A DNA stretch of 63,864 nucleotides, the filler included, from Deltaproteobacteria bacterium (lineage in GTDB: Bacteria > Myxococcota > JACRCW01), in the NCBI GenBank assembly GCA_016218805.1. It is 4 parts of 4 records of this genome, joined end to end, with 100 filler letters (N's around TTAATTAATTAA, not from the genome) between each part and the next. Parts side by side here need not be neighbours in the genome. Positions count along the whole stretch, not along the records: positions 24,981 to 29,807 come from JACRCW010000052.1; positions 29,908 to 61,235 come from JACRCW010000053.1; 2 more parts are not named here. One strand, written 5' to 3'. Below, one piece after another: positions 28,278-37,915 of this stretch. The position numbers were made by a program, and so were the translations under genes. The first letter of the stretch is position 1. Each line of letters opens with the position of its first letter. The notes beneath the pieces are model-generated. The model saw only the letters and a list, made by a program, of their open reading frames with translations, made no database searches and had not been told where the DNA came from.

Positions 28278-29408
28278 TCAGCGCAGCCAGGGAAGCGGTT
28301 CCAGGGCGTGAATGCCCAGGGCAAGGCGTGCGGCACCGCTGGAAATGAGCGCTTCATCCATCGCGCGGCGCGCAAGCTCCGTGGCAGCAATGCTTGGGCC
28401 GCCGGGTTCCGGAAGCGAAGTCTTGTGCCCCACGTTGGGAGCCTTGCCCGTCTTCAACTGGTCGCGCAGTGCGTCCGTCAGAAAACGCCGGTGGTGGAGG
28501 TGGAAGACGGCGATTTCCCGCGGCACGCCAAAGTTGGCCCGGACCTGCTGCACCACATCCTCCGCCGCAGCCAGCCCCAGCGACTTTCGCGGCGAGCCCA
28601 GCAACGCCCCCAGGCCCGCTTCCGGCATCAGGAACTCTGCGGCAAACGCCCCGGCGCGCTGCTCATTGGCGGAGGCCGCTTCGCTGCCTTCCCGCTCCAA
28701 CACCAGATTCAGTCTACCCGTGGCCACCGGGTCAAACAGCGCGTGGCAGGTCTCATGAGCCAGATGGACCCGCGCCAGCAGGTTGTTCTCCCTGCGGCGG
28801 ACATCCTCCGAGTTGAGGACCAGCGCCGCGACTCCGTCAGGCGCGCACACGGTCATGGCGGTGGCTCCGGCGGTCTTCAACGGGCGGACCAGCACCAACA
28901 CGCCCAGCCGGTCTTCAACCAGCGCACGAATGTCGGGCACCGCCACATCCAACGCAAGACCGAGTGCACTGCGGAGTCTTGCGGCCAACGCGTAGCCGGC
29001 TCGGGCGGCCTGAGCCGGCCTCGCCGGAGCGTCCGTGCGTGGAAAGCCAACCAGCGGAACTGCTCCCAGCGCGCCGCGGATGTCTCGGAACGCCCGTGCC
29101 TGCTGCAACGCGGCGTCCAGCACCGCGGTGTCCTGGTCCGAATAGTCCTGCCAGCTGGCCGCGTGCCGCAGGAAGACCGACGGCCTCAACAGTGGTTTGC
29201 GGTGACCATCCAACAGTGCCAGGTCATCCAGGCCAAGTGCGTCCGCCACCCGCGCCAGCTTGGCGGTGCTGAACTCACCACCACGCTCAAGAAAGGACGC
29301 CAGCGCGGACTCCGGAACATCCGCAGCCCGGGCAAGCACCGCCTGGTCCAGCTGCTGTGCCTGCATTTCCGCCCGGACTGCCACTGCGATGGGGTCGGTG
29401 TTCATCAT
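28278..29408 (-). CDS. XRE-HTH + ImmA/IrrE (COG2856) metallopeptidase
   Basis: N-terminal HTH (QAVLARAADVPESALASFLERG..LARVADAL), LAHETCHALFD (HExxH) and EQRAGAFAAEFLMP. Confidence 0.88.
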   Translation of the reverse strand: MMNTDPIAVAVRAEMQAQQLDQAVLARAADVPESALASFLERGGEFSTAKLARVADALGLDDLALLDGHRKPLLRPSVFLRHAASWQDYSDQDTAVLDAALQQARAFRDIRGALGAVPLVGFPRTDAPARPAQAARAGYALAARLRSALGLALDVAVPDIRALVEDRLGVLVLVRPLKTAGATAMTVCAPDGVAALVLNSEDVRRRENNLLARVHLAHETCHALFDPVATGRLNLVLEREGSEAASANEQRAGAFAAEFLMPEAGLGALLGSPRKSLGLAAAEDVVQQVRANFGVPREIAVFHLHHRRFLTDALRDQLKTGKAPNVGHKTSLPEPGGPSIAATELARRAMDEALISSGAARLALGIHALEPLPWLR

Positions 29409-29667
29409 GATGGGCTCGGTCCCTGCACGGTCCACGCGCTGCAGCGGGCTCGCCAGGAGGCTCGCCCTCCCGTGGGGCTCCATGGACGACGCCAGCGCTG
29501 GGAGGCTCCTGCCGAGCCCGGGCTCAGTGGGCGCTTGGTCCGTGCGTGATTCAACGCCAGCATGGTGCCATCCTGTGCGCGCTTCCCTGTGGGGCCGCGC
29601 TGCGGGCGGGATTCTGCCTGCCCGCGCCGTCCAGGGGCAACGGCGGGCCGCCCTCCTCCGGCCTTTG

Positions 29668-29807
29668 TCAGCCTTCCGGCGCGTCCTGCTTCTTCCGGGC
29701 CGGGCGCTTCACCACCAGAATGGCGTTCACCAGCGCCCGGTTGCCCGGGAAGCGCGTCAGGATACCCACCTCCGCCTGGTCCGCGGCGGCCTCCACCTGC
29801 TTGAGCA
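29668..29807 (-). CDS. 3' fragment of a hypothetical gene, truncated by the contig start
   Basis: Open frame LKQVEAAADQAEVGILTRFPGNRALVNAILVVKRPARKKQDAPEG* with host-like codons. Confidence 0.55.
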
Positions 29808-29907
29808 NNNNNNNNNNNNNNNNNNNNNNNNNNNNNNNNNNNNNNNNNNNNTTAATTAATTAANNNNNNNNNNNNNNNNNNNNNNNNNNNNNNNNNNNNN
29901 NNNNNNN
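29808..29907. other. Artificial contig linker
   Basis: N44-TTAATTAATTAA-N44. Confidence 0.98.
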
Positions 29908-29909
29908 AG

Positions 29910-30068
29910 GGCGCCTGCATCAACCCAGACGGCGCCTGCATCAACCCAGACGGCGCCTGCATCAACCCAGACGGCGCCTGCATCAACCCAGACGGCGCCT
30001 GCATCAACCCAGACGGCGCCTGCATCAACCCAGACGGCGCCTGCATCAACCCAGACGGCGCCTGCATC
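29910..30068. repeat. Perfect 21-bp tandem repeat GGCGCCTGCATCAACCCAGAC x7.5 at the contig edge
   Basis: Units start at 29910, 29931, 29952, 29973, 29994, 30015, 30036 and 30057 (partial). Confidence 0.97.
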
Positions 30069-30257
30069 GAGCGCTGCGTGGTGGGGACGCACCTTTGCCG
30101 CAGCCGCGTCCAACGGGCTCAAGAAGGACGCACTGGGCCTGCCGCCGTACGTACGATGGAATGCCGCGCCGCCTGGCGGCCCCCCGGCGACCACCTGGAG
30201 GTGTTCCTGCAGAGCGACAACCTGCTGGGAGTGCTGCCGCATGACACGCCTGCGGAG

Positions 30258-30375
30258 CCGATCCTGATCCACGTCGTGGCACGCATCCTGTCGCCGGGGC
30301 CGCGGTCCAGACCCGGCGCGACCAGGATCGCATCCGCTTGGCACGCCTTTCCTGCGCCGAGAATCAATCGTCGGG
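30258..30375. repeat. Dispersed intergenic element; inverted homolog of 48100-48266
   Basis: The 47-bp core 30302-30348 matches the reverse complement of 48126-48172 with 2 mismatches, and the flanks also align. Confidence 0.88.
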
Positions 30376-30508
30376 GCTCAGGATTGAATCCACCTCGGAC
30401 ACGCCGCAGGCGCCCGTCACCCCGCTGCTGTGGCCGGTGATGGCATGGAACCAAGAACGCATTCCGGTGCTCAGCTTGTACTGCTTGCCTGAATGGGTCG
30501 TTACCCAC

Positions 30509-31243
30509 CTACTCATCCGCGTCTGGCCCCGTCGGTGGACGCGGGCCTGATGACCGGGGCACGCCCCTGTCCTGCTTGGTGCGCACCGCGTTGGTGGCGG
30601 CGGCAATGGCCTGCGCGGCCAGCAGTTCGGCTGCCGCGCTGTGTGGGGATTGCGCCACGGCGCGGTCCATGGCGCGCAGCTGGTTGACCGTGCCGCGGGT
30701 GAGGTAGTCGCGCTGCATTTCGCTCAGGCGGCGCGGTGGAGGGGCCATCCCGGGAAACGCCACAGGCCAGATGTGCACTCCGGCAAAGGGAGCAAACGGC
30801 AACAGGTTCACCAGCAGCAGTGAGCCGTTCACCATGACCACCACGGCACGAACGGCGCTGTCCGTGGGCACGTCCGGCATGGCCCACGCCGCCACCAGCA
30901 CCACCGCCTGAGCGGCCCATCCGCCACACGTGATGGCGCTGCGAGTACGGCAGGGCAACGCCTGGGCGCTGTGAGCCAGGGCACCCACGCCATGCAGGTC
31001 AAGCGCCACAATGCGTACATTCCGCAACCACGCCACCACTTGCTGGCCCGCGGCGTTGACGGCCAGCAGCGCCACCACGGCGACCGCGGACCACACTTGC
31101 GGACGGAAGCCCGTGCCCACCATCACAAGGACCGGCAAGGTCCAGTGGAGGCGCGCCTGGAACACCTTGGGCGTTCCCAAGCAGAGGTAACCACCCCGTC
31201 CGATGAGGCCAATCCGCCGCCGGAACCACTGGAGCATGGGCAT
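30509..31243 (-). CDS. Site-2 protease (M50)-like membrane protein with degenerate catalytic motifs
   Basis: RLHW, LDLHGVG, GGWAAQ and NLLPFAPFAG match the M50 layout, but HExGH is replaced by NAAGQ. Confidence 0.6.
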   Translation of the reverse strand: MPMLQWFRRRIGLIGRGGYLCLGTPKVFQARLHWTLPVLVMVGTGFRPQVWSAVAVVALLAVNAAGQQVVAWLRNVRIVALDLHGVGALAHSAQALPCRTRSAITCGGWAAQAVVLVAAWAMPDVPTDSAVRAVVVMVNGSLLLVNLLPFAPFAGVHIWPVAFPGMAPPPRRLSEMQRDYLTRGTVNQLRAMDRAVAQSPHSAAAELLAAQAIAAATNAVRTKQDRGVPRSSGPRPPTGPDADE

Positions 31244-31899
31244 CCCCGTCTTGCGCGGAACGGTACGCAGGCACGCAACTGCCGTCCAGCGGGTATGCGG
31301 GGGCGCTGGGCCGCCCGTCAGAGCTCACAAGAATCCTCGACGACAAACCGCAGTCCTCCGCTGTGGTGATGTGCCAGGAGGGTTCCGGGAAGCGCGTGAG
31401 ATGTTCGGCGCTTCTGACGTTCGTGTGGGCCGAATGGGACCAACGACCCCGAGGAAGCGTTGATACTCGTGGAGGAGGGAACACCAACTCGCAGGACCGG
31501 GCGCAGGTTATGCTGCTCATGCGGCGTGGGGACGCGGACGTCATCCCCATCGACCGAGAATGGATCGACATCTCCAGGATGCTGCCAACCGATGTGTGGG
31601 ACTCGCCAGGCGCCACGCATTGGTTTGACGGTCAATGGTGGGTACTGATCGCGTTCGTTCACCAGCATCAGCTCCGGAGCGGCTCACCAGCCAGAAGCCA
31701 CGAGCGCTGCGCTCTTGCCGGGGTCAGCGTCCCCCGCAGCGGACCTGCCAGCGGGACACCTGGCAGCCATGGCCGGGCGGGCGCAGCACCCGAGTGCGTG
31801 GATGCGCCCGCACACCGCGTTGACCCACCCGCCGCGGCCGTTCCACAGTGACCCCACGACGAGGGGAGCGCGGTGCACCCCTCCCCGGTGGCGCGTGAG

Positions 31900-33789
31900 A
31901 TGACCCAGGGCAATCCCCGGCTGTTCGTGGGCAACCTCGCGGAGGAGGTGGGCGACGACGACCTGCGGGCGCTGTTTGCGGTGCACGGCGGGATTGTTGA
32001 GGCGCAGGTCATCCGGGACCGGGACAGCGGCGAGTCACGCGGGTTTGGCTTCATCCAGATGGCCACGGACGCGCAGGCCGCCGCGGCGCTGGCGGCGCTG
32101 CACGGCACGGAGTTCCGCGGCAAGCGCCTGCGCGTGAAGGTGGCCGAGCCCAAGAAGGGCGGCGGGTTCCACGTCCCCAACACGCAGCCGGAGGGCCAGG
32201 CCCCGGGCGCGGAGGCCGCCGCGCTGACACCCCCGCCCCGCACCCCCATGCCGCTGCCCCCGCCGACGCCGGCGGCGGCCGCCCTGCCCCAACCCCCGCC
32301 CGCCCCGCCGCGCGCGTGGCTGCCCGCGGTGGCGGCGGTCTCCCTGCTGGCGGGGCTGGCCGGCGCGTGGGTGGTGCTGCGCCCGGCGCGTGCGGCACCG
32401 GGGCACGTGCTCATTGTGCCGCTGGACGTGATGGGCCAGCCCCACGGCGGCGAATACGTGGGCTACGCGCTCAGCCAGGCGCTGGCGGTGAACCTGGCCA
32501 CGGCGGCGTCACTCAAGGTGCTCCCGGTCCCGGGCACGGCGGAGGTGGCAGGGCTGGGCGCCACGCAGCGCGCGCAGCTGGCGTTGAAAGCGGGGGCGGG
32601 GCGGCTGGTGGTGGGGACGCTCACGCGCGTGGACAGCGGCGTGCACGTGAGCCTGACGCTGGTGGACGCGCAGGACAACCGCATCCTGTGGGGCACGCAG
32701 CGGGACGCGCGCGGTGCGGATGACGTCGCGCTGGCGGGATCGCTGGCGCGCGAGCTGGCGGCGCAGCTGGGCGGCGCCGTGCCGGAGCTGGTGGACCACG
32801 TATTGAACCTGTCCGGCGGGCCGGTGATGGCGACCGCGCCGGAGACGGCGGAGGCCTTGGGCGCGCTGCGCCGCGGCGAGGTGCAGGCCGCGCTGGCCGC
32901 CACCGAGCGCCTGCGGGCGCAGTTCCCGCAGGAGGTGGACGCGGTGGCCCTGCGCACGCACGCGCTGCTGCTGCAGTGGGACGCGGCGCGCTCCCCGGCC
33001 ACCTCCAACCAGTTCCGGGAGAGCCTGGAGCGGCTGGAGCAGGCGGCGCCGGGTTCGCCCTACGCGGAGTTCTACCGCGCGTACATCCTGTACGAATCAG
33101 GCCGCAACGACGAGGCGGTGACGCGGTTTTCGCGCATCCTGGACGGGCACCGCCTGTCGCCGGCGGCGCGGGCGTGGGTGCTGCGCTACCGCGCCATTGG
33201 CCACCAGCGCCTGGGCAAGCTTCCCGTGGCGCTGGATGAGTTGGCGGAGAGCCAGCGGCTGGACCCGACCAACGCGTGGACCCTGTCCATCCTGGCCGAA
33301 GTGCTGCTCCAGGCCGGCCAGGCGGAGCAGGCGCTGGCGCGGGCGCGCCAGGGCGTGGCGCTGGCCCCCGGGTACTGGCGCGGCCACCACGGCGTGGGCG
33401 AGGCGCTGTCCGCGCTGGGTCGCCTGGACGAGGCGGCGGAGGCGTTCGGCCGCGAGTGCGAACTCGCCCACACGCAGCTGGCGTGCTCGCGCTGGGCGGT
33501 GGAGCTGCTCAAGGCCGGCAAGCGCGAGGCCGCGGCGCAGGCCGCTGACGACGCGGCGCGCCTGCCGGAGACGGCGGTGGGGCTGTACAACCTCGGCTGC
33601 TTCCGCGCCCTCTCCGGCGACGGCGCCGGCGCGCTGGAGCGCCTGGCGCGCGCGGTGGACCTGGGCCTGGTGGAGCCCGGCATGGGGCAGGACCGCGACC
33701 TGGCCACGGTGCGCGACGACCCGCGCTTCAAGGCGCTGTGGGCCACCGTGGCGGCGCGCTCACGCCCGAGCGGTGACGCGGGACGGTAG
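31900..33789 (+). CDS. RRM RNA-binding domain - Pro linker - TM - TolB-like domain - TPR fusion protein
   Basis: RNP2 LFVGNL and RNP1 RGFGFIQM, TM segment AVAAVSLLAGLAGAWVVL, VLIVPLD...LVDAQDNRILWG, TPRs and YNLGCF. Confidence 0.85.
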   Translation: MTQGNPRLFVGNLAEEVGDDDLRALFAVHGGIVEAQVIRDRDSGESRGFGFIQMATDAQAAAALAALHGTEFRGKRLRVKVAEPKKGGGFHVPNTQPEGQAPGAEAAALTPPPRTPMPLPPPTPAAAALPQPPPAPPRAWLPAVAAVSLLAGLAGAWVVLRPARAAPGHVLIVPLDVMGQPHGGEYVGYALSQALAVNLATAASLKVLPVPGTAEVAGLGATQRAQLALKAGAGRLVVGTLTRVDSGVHVSLTLVDAQDNRILWGTQRDARGADDVALAGSLARELAAQLGGAVPELVDHVLNLSGGPVMATAPETAEALGALRRGEVQAALAATERLRAQFPQEVDAVALRTHALLLQWDAARSPATSNQFRESLERLEQAAPGSPYAEFYRAYILYESGRNDEAVTRFSRILDGHRLSPAARAWVLRYRAIGHQRLGKLPVALDELAESQRLDPTNAWTLSILAEVLLQAGQAEQALARARQGVALAPGYWRGHHGVGEALSALGRLDEAAEAFGRECELAHTQLACSRWAVELLKAGKREAAAQAADDAARLPETAVGLYNLGCFRALSGDGAGALERLARAVDLGLVEPGMGQDRDLATVRDDPRFKALWATVAARSRPSGDAGR

Positions 33790-33795
33790 CGGCGG

Positions 33796-36700
33796 TCACG
33801 GCTCGTCCAGCAGGTACTCAAAGTCCGCGCGCGTGAGCTTGCCGGTGAAGGCGTCCTCCTCACCCAGCACGCCCGCGGCCAACGCCTTCTTGGTCTGCTG
33901 CAACTCCAGGATGCGCTCCTCCACCGTGCCTTCGGTCACCATGCGGAACGCCATCACCGTGCGGTCCTGGCCAATGCGGTGCGTGCGGTCAATCGCCTGC
34001 GCCTCCGCCGCCGGGTTCCACCACGGGTCAAACAGGATGACGTGCGCCGCGCTCTGCAGGTTGAGCCCCGCGCCCCCGGCTTTCAGCGAGATGAGGAACA
34101 CCTGCGGCTCAGCGTCCGCCGCGAATCCCTCCACCAGCGCCTGCCGGTCCCGCGTCTGCCCGGTGAGCACGCGGTGCTTGATGCCGCGCTCCACCAACCG
34201 CGCCTGGATGCGCTCCAGCATGGTCACAAACTGGCTGAACAGCAGCACCTTGTTTCCCTCGCCCAGCAGCGTGTCCAGCAGGCCCAGCACCTCCTCCATC
34301 TTTCCGGACCCCGCGTCCACCAGGCCCAGCAGGCCGGGGTCACACGCCACCTGGCGCAGGCGCATCAGGCCCGCCAGGAACTCAATGCGCGCAGGGCCCG
34401 CCAACTCGCCGCGCGTCCGCGCCAGCGAATCCCGCACCACCTTCAGCTCGCGCAGGTACGCGGTGCGTTGCGCCGGCGTCATGGGGCAGTCCAGGCGCTC
34501 CTCAATGCGGTCCGGCAGTTCAGGCGCCACCTCCCGCTTGGTGCGGCGGATCATCACCGGCCGCAGCCGCGCGCGCAGCGCCCGCAGCGCGGAGGGGCTG
34601 TCCCCCGTGGCCGCAGGCAGGTACCCGGGCACCGCAAACTCCATGATGGAGACCAGGTCCTCCAGGCGGTTCTCAATGGGCGTGCCCGTCAGTGCGATGC
34701 GGACCTTGGCGCGCAGTGATTTGAGGGCGCGCGCCGTGTCGGACGCCGCGTTCTTGATCGCCTGTGCCTCATCCACGACGAGCGCGTTCCACTCCATGGC
34801 GCCGAGATCCTCCCGGTCACGCCGCAGCAGGGCGTAGTTGGTCAGGAACAGGTCCGCCTTGCCGGCGTCTGCCAGCTGCTCCTTGCGCCGGGCCCCGCGC
34901 CCCAGCGTGACCACCCGCAGCTGCGGCGTGAAGCGCGCGGCCTCCCGCTCCCAGCCGTGCACCACGGACGCCGGGCACACCACCAGCGACGGCGCCACGG
35001 TGCGCTTGCGGCGGCCGGGCGGGTGCAGCGCGGCCAGGGCGGCCAGCACCTGCAGCGTCTTGCCCAGCCCCATGTCGTCTGCCAGCAGCGCACCGCCGAA
35101 CGTGCGCGCCGCCCACAGCAGGAAGTCCACGCCCTCACGCTGGTAGGGCCGCAACGCCTCCGCCGCCGGGGACGGCACCACCGCGCGCGGGATGCCCTTG
35201 AAACCGTCCACCGCCGCGCGCACCGCGTCCTGCAGCGCGCCGGCACCGTCAACGTCCCGCAACGCCTCCAGCGCCGCGGCGGGGGCGCGGGCGAGCTGCA
35301 GCGCATGCAGGCGCTGCCCCTCCGCGCCGGCCAGCAGTCCCATGTCCAGCACGGCGCCCAGCGTGGCGGTGAACGCTTCCAGCTCCGCGCGCTCGGCGGT
35401 GCGCCCGCCCCGCAGCGGCACCAGGCGCGCCTGGCTGGCCCGCAGCGCCTGCTGCAACTCGCCCAGGTCCAGCGACGCGATGGCCGCCTCCGTCTCCACG
35501 TCCACCTTCACCCAGTCCACGCCGGAGGACTGCACGCGGAAGCGGAACCCGGGCGGCCGCCACAGGTCCACCAGCCGCTTGAAGGCGGGATTGCCCAGGT
35601 AGCCGGGGCCCGCCGGCCGGTGCGCCCACCACTCCAGCAGCTCGTCACGCGCGCTCTTGGCCAGCCCGACGTGGAAGCCGCCTCCGGGCCCGCCCACCCA
35701 TGCGCCGGAACGCGGAACGCGCGCGAGCCAGGCATCCAGCGCCTGCAGGTCCTCGGCGCGCGGGAGGTACACCACGCCGCCTGGATGCCGAGGCTGCGCC
35801 GCGGGGTCCAACCCGGCCGCCGGATCACCCACGGCCTCCAACGCTTCTGTGTCCGGGGCCGGCGCACGCGTGGTGGCGGCGGGCAGCCAGGCCGGCGGCA
35901 ACGCCAGGTGAAACACGTGCCCGCCCCCCTCCGCGCGTCCCCGCACGGAAAGCCGGCTGCCCTCCAGCACCAGCTCCACGGTGGCCGCCACGGGGACCTC
36001 CGTGTGCAGCGGCACAAAACCGGCAGGCAGCTGGCGCGGGAGGTAGCGGCGCAGCGTGGCGGATCCCTCCGCGTCACCCAGGGTGGCCAGACTCAGGCGC
36101 GGCTGAACAGCCAGCGCGCCCAGCACGGGGAACGGCGTCCCGTGCGTGACCAGCCGCCGCAGCACGGGGCCATCGCGGCGCCACGCAAAGGGCCGCAGCC
36201 CTTCGTACGAGTCGTCCACCACCAGCACCGCACCGTCCAGCGGCACCGGCACGGCGCCGGCCTGGTCCGTCATGACGTGAAAATGCGCATCCGTCCCGCT
36301 GCGCAGCAGGACCAGGTGCTCCACCACGTCCACCTCCACCTGCACGGCGGTGCCGTCCTCCCACGTGAGCCGCCCGTGCCGGCCAAACGTCTCCGCCCAC
36401 CCCTTGAGCCGCCCCGCCGGGAACACGTCACCGCCGCGCGCCACGGCGGAGGTGCGCCCCAGGAACGCCAGCAGTTCCTCCTCCACCGGCGGCACGCGGC
36501 GCACGCCTCCCACCACCTCCCGGTGCAGCGTGGACAGATGTTGCGACGCCCGCGGTTCTTCGCCGCGACGGCCGGTGGTGAACACGCGCACCGCCAACGT
36601 ATGCAGCCCGGGAAGGTCAGCGGGCAGCAGGCGCAACTCCGCCCGCACCCCGCACGGCGCCAGCGGCGGCTCCACGTGGTCCGTGGTGCGCAACCAGGTG

Positions 36701-37431
36701 GTGATGCGCTCCGTCGCCAACCACGCGGTCCACGCCTGCTCCCGCGCCGCCGCCTCCGGGCTGGCCAGGAATGCCACCAGTGCCGGGTCCGGGCGCACCA
36801 CGCGGCGGAACAGCCACGGCTCCCGCTCCAGGGCGCGCACATAGGCGCGCAGCATCCCCACCGGGTGCGGGCCCACAATCCGCTCGGGGTAGGTCACCTC
36901 GCCCGGCGCGTGCGCCACGGCGCGGTGCATGGCGCCCGCCGCCAGTGCCCCGGGCTGCATGTCCGCCCACGCCCACCACCACCCGTCCGCGGGCTCGTCC
37001 GCTTGCGCCTCCTTGGCGGCGCGCGTCCCCACCGCCACGCGGAGGGACGCCTCCATCCCCGCCGGCGGCTCAAACCCGGCGTCCGCCAGTGAAGCGCTGG
37101 AATCCGGGAACAGCACGCTCACCACCGCCAGCAGCAGCGCCAACTCATGCGTGCATGGCGCGCCCACGCATCCCTGGTTGCAGTGTGCCGCCCAGCCGCC
37201 CACCCCGCCGGCAAGCTGGCACACCACGGGCGGCTCCCGCGCAACGCGGAACTCCGCGGTGGTGAGGACGCCCGCAGACGTGCGCCCGCCCCGCGCGGAC
37301 AGCCGCACCAGCGCGCCCACCGCCAGCGCCTCCGCGGCCGCCACGCGGTGGGCGGGGGCGCGGGCCAGCTGCGCGTTCAGCCGGGCCAAGAAGTCCTGGT
37401 CCGTGAGGGCGTGCGGGGAAGCGGGTGACAT
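33796..37431 (-). CDS. SNF2 family DEAD/DEAH helicase with N-terminal SWIM-like Zn finger
   Basis: LRPYQ, LADDMGLGKT, DEAQ, LTGTPIEN, LFSQF, SLKAGG, FDPWWNPA and QAIDR; C-x3-C-x4-C-x-H near the N terminus. Confidence 0.93.
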   Translation of the reverse strand: MSPASPHALTDQDFLARLNAQLARAPAHRVAAAEALAVGALVRLSARGGRTSAGVLTTAEFRVAREPPVVCQLAGGVGGWAAHCNQGCVGAPCTHELALLLAVVSVLFPDSSASLADAGFEPPAGMEASLRVAVGTRAAKEAQADEPADGWWWAWADMQPGALAAGAMHRAVAHAPGEVTYPERIVGPHPVGMLRAYVRALEREPWLFRRVVRPDPALVAFLASPEAAAREQAWTAWLATERITTWLRTTDHVEPPLAPCGVRAELRLLPADLPGLHTLAVRVFTTGRRGEEPRASQHLSTLHREVVGGVRRVPPVEEELLAFLGRTSAVARGGDVFPAGRLKGWAETFGRHGRLTWEDGTAVQVEVDVVEHLVLLRSGTDAHFHVMTDQAGAVPVPLDGAVLVVDDSYEGLRPFAWRRDGPVLRRLVTHGTPFPVLGALAVQPRLSLATLGDAEGSATLRRYLPRQLPAGFVPLHTEVPVAATVELVLEGSRLSVRGRAEGGGHVFHLALPPAWLPAATTRAPAPDTEALEAVGDPAAGLDPAAQPRHPGGVVYLPRAEDLQALDAWLARVPRSGAWVGGPGGGFHVGLAKSARDELLEWWAHRPAGPGYLGNPAFKRLVDLWRPPGFRFRVQSSGVDWVKVDVETEAAIASLDLGELQQALRASQARLVPLRGGRTAERAELEAFTATLGAVLDMGLLAGAEGQRLHALQLARAPAAALEALRDVDGAGALQDAVRAAVDGFKGIPRAVVPSPAAEALRPYQREGVDFLLWAARTFGGALLADDMGLGKTLQVLAALAALHPPGRRKRTVAPSLVVCPASVVHGWEREAARFTPQLRVVTLGRGARRKEQLADAGKADLFLTNYALLRRDREDLGAMEWNALVVDEAQAIKNAASDTARALKSLRAKVRIALTGTPIENRLEDLVSIMEFAVPGYLPAATGDSPSALRALRARLRPVMIRRTKREVAPELPDRIEERLDCPMTPAQRTAYLRELKVVRDSLARTRGELAGPARIEFLAGLMRLRQVACDPGLLGLVDAGSGKMEEVLGLLDTLLGEGNKVLLFSQFVTMLERIQARLVERGIKHRVLTGQTRDRQALVEGFAADAEPQVFLISLKAGGAGLNLQSAAHVILFDPWWNPAAEAQAIDRTHRIGQDRTVMAFRMVTEGTVEERILELQQTKKALAAGVLGEEDAFTGKLTRADFEYLLDEP

Positions 37432-37537
37432 GGCGCTGAGCCGTTACGGTGCCCGCCCCGCCGGGGCAAGCCACGGCTGCGCAGTCTTGCGTGGGGGTGG
37501 GCGGACCAGGCGGTGCCCGGGCGCCATTCCGCGCTTG

Positions 37538-37882
37538 TTACCCGTCGCGCTGGCCCAGCGCGCGCCGGACCTCCGCCAGTTCCGCGCGGATTTGGTCCAG
37601 TTTCTCCAGCAGGCGCGGGTCCGCCGCCGCCGGCGGGTGTTCCTTCCCGTCATCCAGGGCGCGGCTCACCAGCGCGGGGCCCACCGTCATCACCACGCCG
37701 CCTATCGCCTTGCCCACCGGGGTCACCGGGAAGAAGTTGGCGTACCCCACGTTCAACGACGTGGCGATGTAGTGGTACGCGTCCCAGTACGTCCGCACCT
37801 GCGGATTGTACGGGCGCTCCACGGCGAGAAACACGCCCGCGGTCACCATCACAAACGTGTTCAGTTCTTCGGCGGGCGTCAT
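37538..37882 (-). CDS. Small potassium channel family (Ion_trans_2-like) protein
   Basis: NP...TYWDAY..IATSLNVGYANFFPVTPVGK pore-loop pattern between two hydrophobic helices. Confidence 0.75.
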   Translation of the reverse strand: MTPAEELNTFVMVTAGVFLAVERPYNPQVRTYWDAYHYIATSLNVGYANFFPVTPVGKAIGGVVMTVGPALVSRALDDGKEHPPAAADPRLLEKLDQIRAELAEVRRALGQRDG

Positions 37883-37915
37883 GGGCTCTCCGGCGTTTCC
37901 AGCCGCATCGCGCGG

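Noticed and set aside
29910..30068. Possible CRISPR array or repeat protein (MQAPSGL)n
   Set aside because: The units are contiguous with no spacers and no cas genes are present; the ORFs are by-products of a 21-bp repeat.
31318..31851. Small ORFs in the lower-GC gap before the RRM gene
   Set aside because: No recognisable motif or clear RBS; possibly a remnant, but unsupported.
34957..37092. 711-aa plus-strand ORF
   Set aside because: Antisense shadow of the SNF2 helicase.
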